DNA of 57,033 nucleotides from a virus (Duplodnaviria; Caudoviricetes): IMG/VR virus record IMGVR_UViG_3300031785_000002, positions 1 to 57,033 of that record; one strand, 5' to 3'. Shown piece by piece: positions 53,450 to 57,033 of this stretch (position 1 is its first letter; each line of letters starts with the position of its first letter). The notes under the pieces were generated by a model. It saw only the letters and a program-made list of their open reading frames with translations, ran no database searches and was not told where the DNA came from. The position numbers and the translations under genes were made by a program.

Positions 53450-53829
53450 TGGCGCTTGTTCTTAAAGACAGAATAAAAGAAACTACTACCACCACCGGAA
53501 CAGGCACTTATACGCTTGCTGGTGCGGTAACTGGTTTTGAGGCGTTTAGTCAAATAGGTAATAGTAACACTACCTATTATGCCTGCACGGACGGAACTGA
53601 CTTTGAGATTGGCATTGGAACCTACACTGCATCTGGTACACTCTTGGCCCGTACCACAATATTGCAGTCCAGTAACTCTGATAGCGCTGTTAATTGGACA
53701 TCAGGAACTCGCACTATTTTCTGCACGTTGCCAGCAGAAAAGGCTGTGTTCTTGGATGCAAGTAATGCGGTGCAAGGTTTTACAGAACAAGACCCGAATG
53801 CATTGGCATTCGCAATAGCATTGGGATAG
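53449..53829 (+). CDS. tail fibre-associated protein
   Basis: MALVLKDRIKET.TT.GTG...L.GA..GF; ends FAIALG. Confidence 0.55.
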   Translation: MALVLKDRIKETTTTTGTGTYTLAGAVTGFEAFSQIGNSNTTYYACTDGTDFEIGIGTYTASGTLLARTTILQSSNSDSAVNWTSGTRTIFCTLPAEKAVFLDASNAVQGFTEQDPNALAFAIALG

Positions 53830-53833
53830 AAAA

Positions 53834-54163
53834 ATGGCTAACGCATTTAAAACATTCACAGACACCGCAGTAGGGACATCCAACGCAGATGTTTACACCT
53901 GCCCCAGCGCGACAGAAACAACGATTATCGGCTTAAACATTGCTAACATATTGACAGTTTCAATCACGGTAAATGTACAATTAATCAATAATGATGGCGA
54001 CAATGTACACATTGTAAAGTCAGCTATTGTTCCTGTTGGTTCATCATTAGTAGCAGTTGGCGGCGACCAAAAGATTGTGATGAATGCTTCTGACATCTTG
54101 AGGATAACAGCAAGCCAAGCATCAGCGGCGGACGTTACACTGTCTGTACTGGAGATTACCTGA
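53834..54163 (+). CDS. virion structural protein
   Basis: MAN.FK...YT.P..T...IIG...AN...S.LEIT. Confidence 0.55.
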   Translation: MANAFKTFTDTAVGTSNADVYTCPSATETTIIGLNIANILTVSITVNVQLINNDGDNVHIVKSAIVPVGSSLVAVGGDQKIVMNASDILRITASQASAADVTLSVLEIT

Positions 54164-54762
54164 TGGCATTAAGTACAATAGGCGCAAATCAAATAGCCTC
54201 TTTACCCGCTAGTTCCGTAGGTTCGAGTCAGTTAGCAAGCGGTGCAATCACCTCTGCTTCCATGCCTGCTGGCACTGTGTTGCAAATACAACGCACACAG
54301 TACACGGACACAACCTCTACTACTTGTGCAACTCAAACAGATGTAGCATTTAGTCATTTAACGGTAAATATCACTCCCACATCAACCAGTAGCATTATAA
54401 GAATCGATGCAATGGTAAACGGTGAGTGGGCGGCGGACTCTCCTAAATATAATTCAGTTTGGTTTTTTTATAGAGATTCAACAAAGTTAAGTGCGCCAGC
54501 GGCTAGCGGCAGAGCAGTAGGTGTTCTTATGGGTACAGGTATAACTATTGAAGTTGCCAATGCGGGTTCTACGCCAGAACACGTAATTTACAGCTATTTT
54601 GATACACCTTCAACGACTTCTCAAGTGACGTATAAAGTAGGGGTTTATCAAGGAAGCGGTACAAATTATGCATGGTACACTAATAGAACTGTATCAGATT
54701 CGGATGGTTATCAATATGAAAGAGGCACATCTTTTATTAGTGTAACAGAAATAGCAGTATAA
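54163..54762 (+). CDS. tail fibre-associated protein
   Basis: G.VLQ...ITPTSTSS.I...DTP.TTSQVTYK...S.I...EIA. Confidence 0.55.
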   Translation: MALSTIGANQIASLPASSVGSSQLASGAITSASMPAGTVLQIQRTQYTDTTSTTCATQTDVAFSHLTVNITPTSTSSIIRIDAMVNGEWAADSPKYNSVWFFYRDSTKLSAPAASGRAVGVLMGTGITIEVANAGSTPEHVIYSYFDTPSTTSQVTYKVGVYQGSGTNYAWYTNRTVSDSDGYQYERGTSFISVTEIAV

Positions 54763-55598
54763 TGGCATACATCGGCGCACAACCAAACAAAACATTGACA
54801 AAAACAACGAGTCAGTCTTTCAACGGCACAGGTTCGGCAACCGCGTTTACTCTTAACCGCGCTGTAAACACTGGTGAAGAGCTAGAGGTATTCGTTGACA
54901 ACGTGCAGCAGGAACCCGGCTCTGGTAAGTCATACACAGCCACAGGAACTACCCTGACGTTTGATGAAGCACCGCCCTCTGGCACAGGTAACGTGTACGT
55001 TATCTATCGCGGTCAGGCAGAAGTAACAACACGGCTGGAGCATGACCCTAATCAGGCATTGTCCGCTACCACAGGTACGTTTACTAGTTTGAATGTTCCA
55101 ACGATAAAGGACAGTAGCGGCACTAATACAGCCATGACGATTGATAGCAGTGGTCGTGTATTATTTCCACAAATACCTTGTGCTTGTGTGACTTTAACAA
55201 CATCTAACACACAAGATACATCCAATCCTTATACAACAACTGGGACAGCTATACTGTTTGATAAGGTATCAGTAAATCAGGGTTCTGTTTACAACTCATC
55301 AAACGGAAGATTTACTGCGCCTGTGGCTGGAATATACGAATTTGCTTATAGTTATCTAAAAGATGACGATAGTTCCGGAAATAGTACTTATCTAACTTTA
55401 TATAAGAACGGTAGTGTTTATTTGGGGGCTGGTGGGACCGCTTATGACGAAAATCCCACTGATTATGCACAGGTATCGCAGAAATTACTGATTGATTTAG
55501 CGGCAAATGATTATCTAACACTGCAATTAGGTGCTGGTACAATTCATATAAATGCCAGTGGGCAATATCATTCAATAGTTTTTAAGCTGGTAGGGTAG
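54762..55598 (+). CDS. tail fibre with C1q-like C-terminal domain
   Basis: F.G.GS.TAFTL N-module; FD.V..NQG..YN.S.GRFTAPVAG.Y.F C1q signature. Confidence 0.7.
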   Translation: MAYIGAQPNKTLTKTTSQSFNGTGSATAFTLNRAVNTGEELEVFVDNVQQEPGSGKSYTATGTTLTFDEAPPSGTGNVYVIYRGQAEVTTRLEHDPNQALSATTGTFTSLNVPTIKDSSGTNTAMTIDSSGRVLFPQIPCACVTLTTSNTQDTSNPYTTTGTAILFDKVSVNQGSVYNSSNGRFTAPVAGIYEFAYSYLKDDDSSGNSTYLTLYKNGSVYLGAGGTAYDENPTDYAQVSQKLLIDLAANDYLTLQLGAGTIHINASGQYHSIVFKLVG

Positions 55599-55607
55599 GA
55601 GCTTGAA

Positions 55608-56180
55608 ATGCCATTAAGCAAAATACGGTCTCAAAGCATCAACCTTGCTGATACTTTTGCATTTACTGGTACTGTAACAGGAACTGATGGGGGATTTACG
55701 GTTCCTGCAATTCAATCACTAAATGGTCAAAGTTCAGTAGATTTTACGGGAATACCTAGCGGTACAAACATCATTAAGTTTTCTATATATAGAGCAAGCG
55801 GTTCAGTGAATGGTGTTCCTGCTATCCAAATTGGGGATAGCGGTGGCATTGAAACGTCGGGTTATTCATCCCAAGATACATTTGTAGGTTTAAGTGCGGC
55901 TTCTTATTACGGGGGTAGTTCTGCTACTGCCTCATCTTGGAGTGCAAGCCAGTGGACAAGTGCTAGTGCTGTTTTAACTTTTGCTGGTGAAATATTTAGA
56001 ATGACTGGCAACATATGGTTTTGCCAAGCGGCTTTTATACAAAATGATGCCGACCCAAATTATTTAAATAATTTACGAGGCTTCAAAGAACTTTCTGCGG
56101 AACTAACACAAGTAAGGTTTACAAGAACGGCTGGTACTTATGATGATGCTAACAGTTATGTCCGCATTGGATACCAATAG
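55608..56180 (+). CDS. tail fibre-associated protein
   Basis: DFTGIPS...IQIGDSGGIETSGY motif. Confidence 0.55.
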   Translation: MPLSKIRSQSINLADTFAFTGTVTGTDGGFTVPAIQSLNGQSSVDFTGIPSGTNIIKFSIYRASGSVNGVPAIQIGDSGGIETSGYSSQDTFVGLSAASYYGGSSATASSWSASQWTSASAVLTFAGEIFRMTGNIWFCQAAFIQNDADPNYLNNLRGFKELSAELTQVRFTRTAGTYDDANSYVRIGYQ

Positions 56181-56189
56181 GAAAAGTAA

Positions 56190-56918
56190 ATGGCGTATAT
56201 AGGTATTGACCCAAATGTAGGCGACATAACCTTTCAAAGGTTTACTGGTAACGGAAATGACACAGCGTTTACGTTAGCGCAAAGTGTTGTTAGTGGTGAG
56301 GCACTAATTGTAACGATTGGTAACGTAGTGCAAGAGCCGGGAATAGGCAAAGCGTACACAGCGTCAGGAACAACTCTTACCTTCTCTGCTGCGCCAGCTA
56401 ACGGTGATGTAATTACCGTGCGCTTTTTTGGTCGTGCCGTAGACCAGCCTACCAGCTTTGCAATGCAGTTGTTTAAGTATACAGCAACAGCAAGTCAGAC
56501 CGCATTTACAGGTGCGGACGCTAATGGTGCGATACTAGCCTTCTCTGGTAACGATGTAGACGTATATCTAAACGGTGTACATCTTGACAGCACAGATTTC
56601 ACGCCAAGTAACGGAGACACAATTACACTAGCATCTGGTGCGGCTGTTAACGATGAGTTAGTCATCCGTGCCTTTCGTGCTTTTACTGTGACTGATACAG
56701 TCAGCAAGTCTAGCGGTGGTACATTTGCGGCTGAGATTACTGCGCCACAATTTCAGACTACTAACACCACAGTTGATACCGCTGTGTTTCGCACCAATGG
56801 ACAAAGTGTAAGTGAAAATACTACAATAGCCTCAACTAAAAATGCATTGGCGATTGGTCCATTGACTATAGGTTCATCAACTACAATTACCGTCAACGGT
56901 AATTTGACAATACTGTGA
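56190..56918 (+). CDS. tail fibre/baseplate-like protein
   Basis: Shares N-module with 54762; YTAT..QT.F.G...VDVYLNGV.L...D. Confidence 0.6.
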   Translation: MAYIGIDPNVGDITFQRFTGNGNDTAFTLAQSVVSGEALIVTIGNVVQEPGIGKAYTASGTTLTFSAAPANGDVITVRFFGRAVDQPTSFAMQLFKYTATASQTAFTGADANGAILAFSGNDVDVYLNGVHLDSTDFTPSNGDTITLASGAAVNDELVIRAFRAFTVTDTVSKSSGGTFAAEITAPQFQTTNTTVDTAVFRTNGQSVSENTTIASTKNALAIGPLTIGSSTTITVNGNLTIL

Positions 56919-56925
56919 GGCACAG

Positions 56926-57033
56926 ATGGCTTCGATACTGAATGTAGATAAAATCAGGGCGGCAAGTGGGACAACGAATGTCATAGATATTGATAGTTCA
57001 TGCAATACAACTGCGCTGACGATTGACAGCAGT
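56926..57033 (+). CDS. 3'-truncated tail fibre-associated protein
   Basis: GAGG RBS; MASILNVDKI...TALTIDSS runs off the window. Confidence 0.55.
   Translation, partial: MASILNVDKIRAASGTTNVIDIDSSCNTTALTIDSS

Noticed and set aside
1252-56707. Numerous antisense or out-of-frame ORFs in the track
   Set aside because: Shadow ORFs overlapping well-supported genes, lacking RBS or motifs
54163-57033. Diversity-generating retroelement in the fibre region
   Set aside because: No reverse transcriptase and no TR/VR pair differing at adenines was seen

Overview
Nearly complete (probably circularly permuted) genome of a dsDNA podovirus-like tailed phage. It resembles uncultured marine phages and probably infects an alphaproteobacterium (two GAAC-N7-GAAC LexA-type boxes, a CtrA-like box, anti-SD sRNA-like elements). 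Layout: tail/fibre, lysis and ejection genes, including a 3023-aa polyvalent protein (1-21052, +); recombination genes (21097-24235, -); RusA and a Twinkle/T7 gp4-like primase-helicase (24300-27092, +); a leftward early operon with ParB-like, vWA and AAA genes (27205-34180, -); then TerS, TerL, portal, GroES, scaffold, capsid, basic core proteins and tail genes (34618-57033, mostly +). No DNA polymerase, RNA polymerase, integrase, tRNA or CRISPR array was recognised. Most notable signals: (1) an early transcript with a promoter-proximal multibranch RNA and two same-strand hammerhead elements (one near-canonical, one variant that hides a ribosome-binding site) bracketing three small ORFs; (2) a giant virion protein whose putative effector domains are separated by repeated [RK]DF[SM][ES]V linkers next to a zincin domain; (3) a dispersed TTGTAC-N4/5-GTACAA palindrome and an inverted pair of AT-rich GTAC elements flanking the 12-kb early region; (4) several further structured non-coding segments. 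All assignments are by-eye motif recognition; no database search or folding computation was run.
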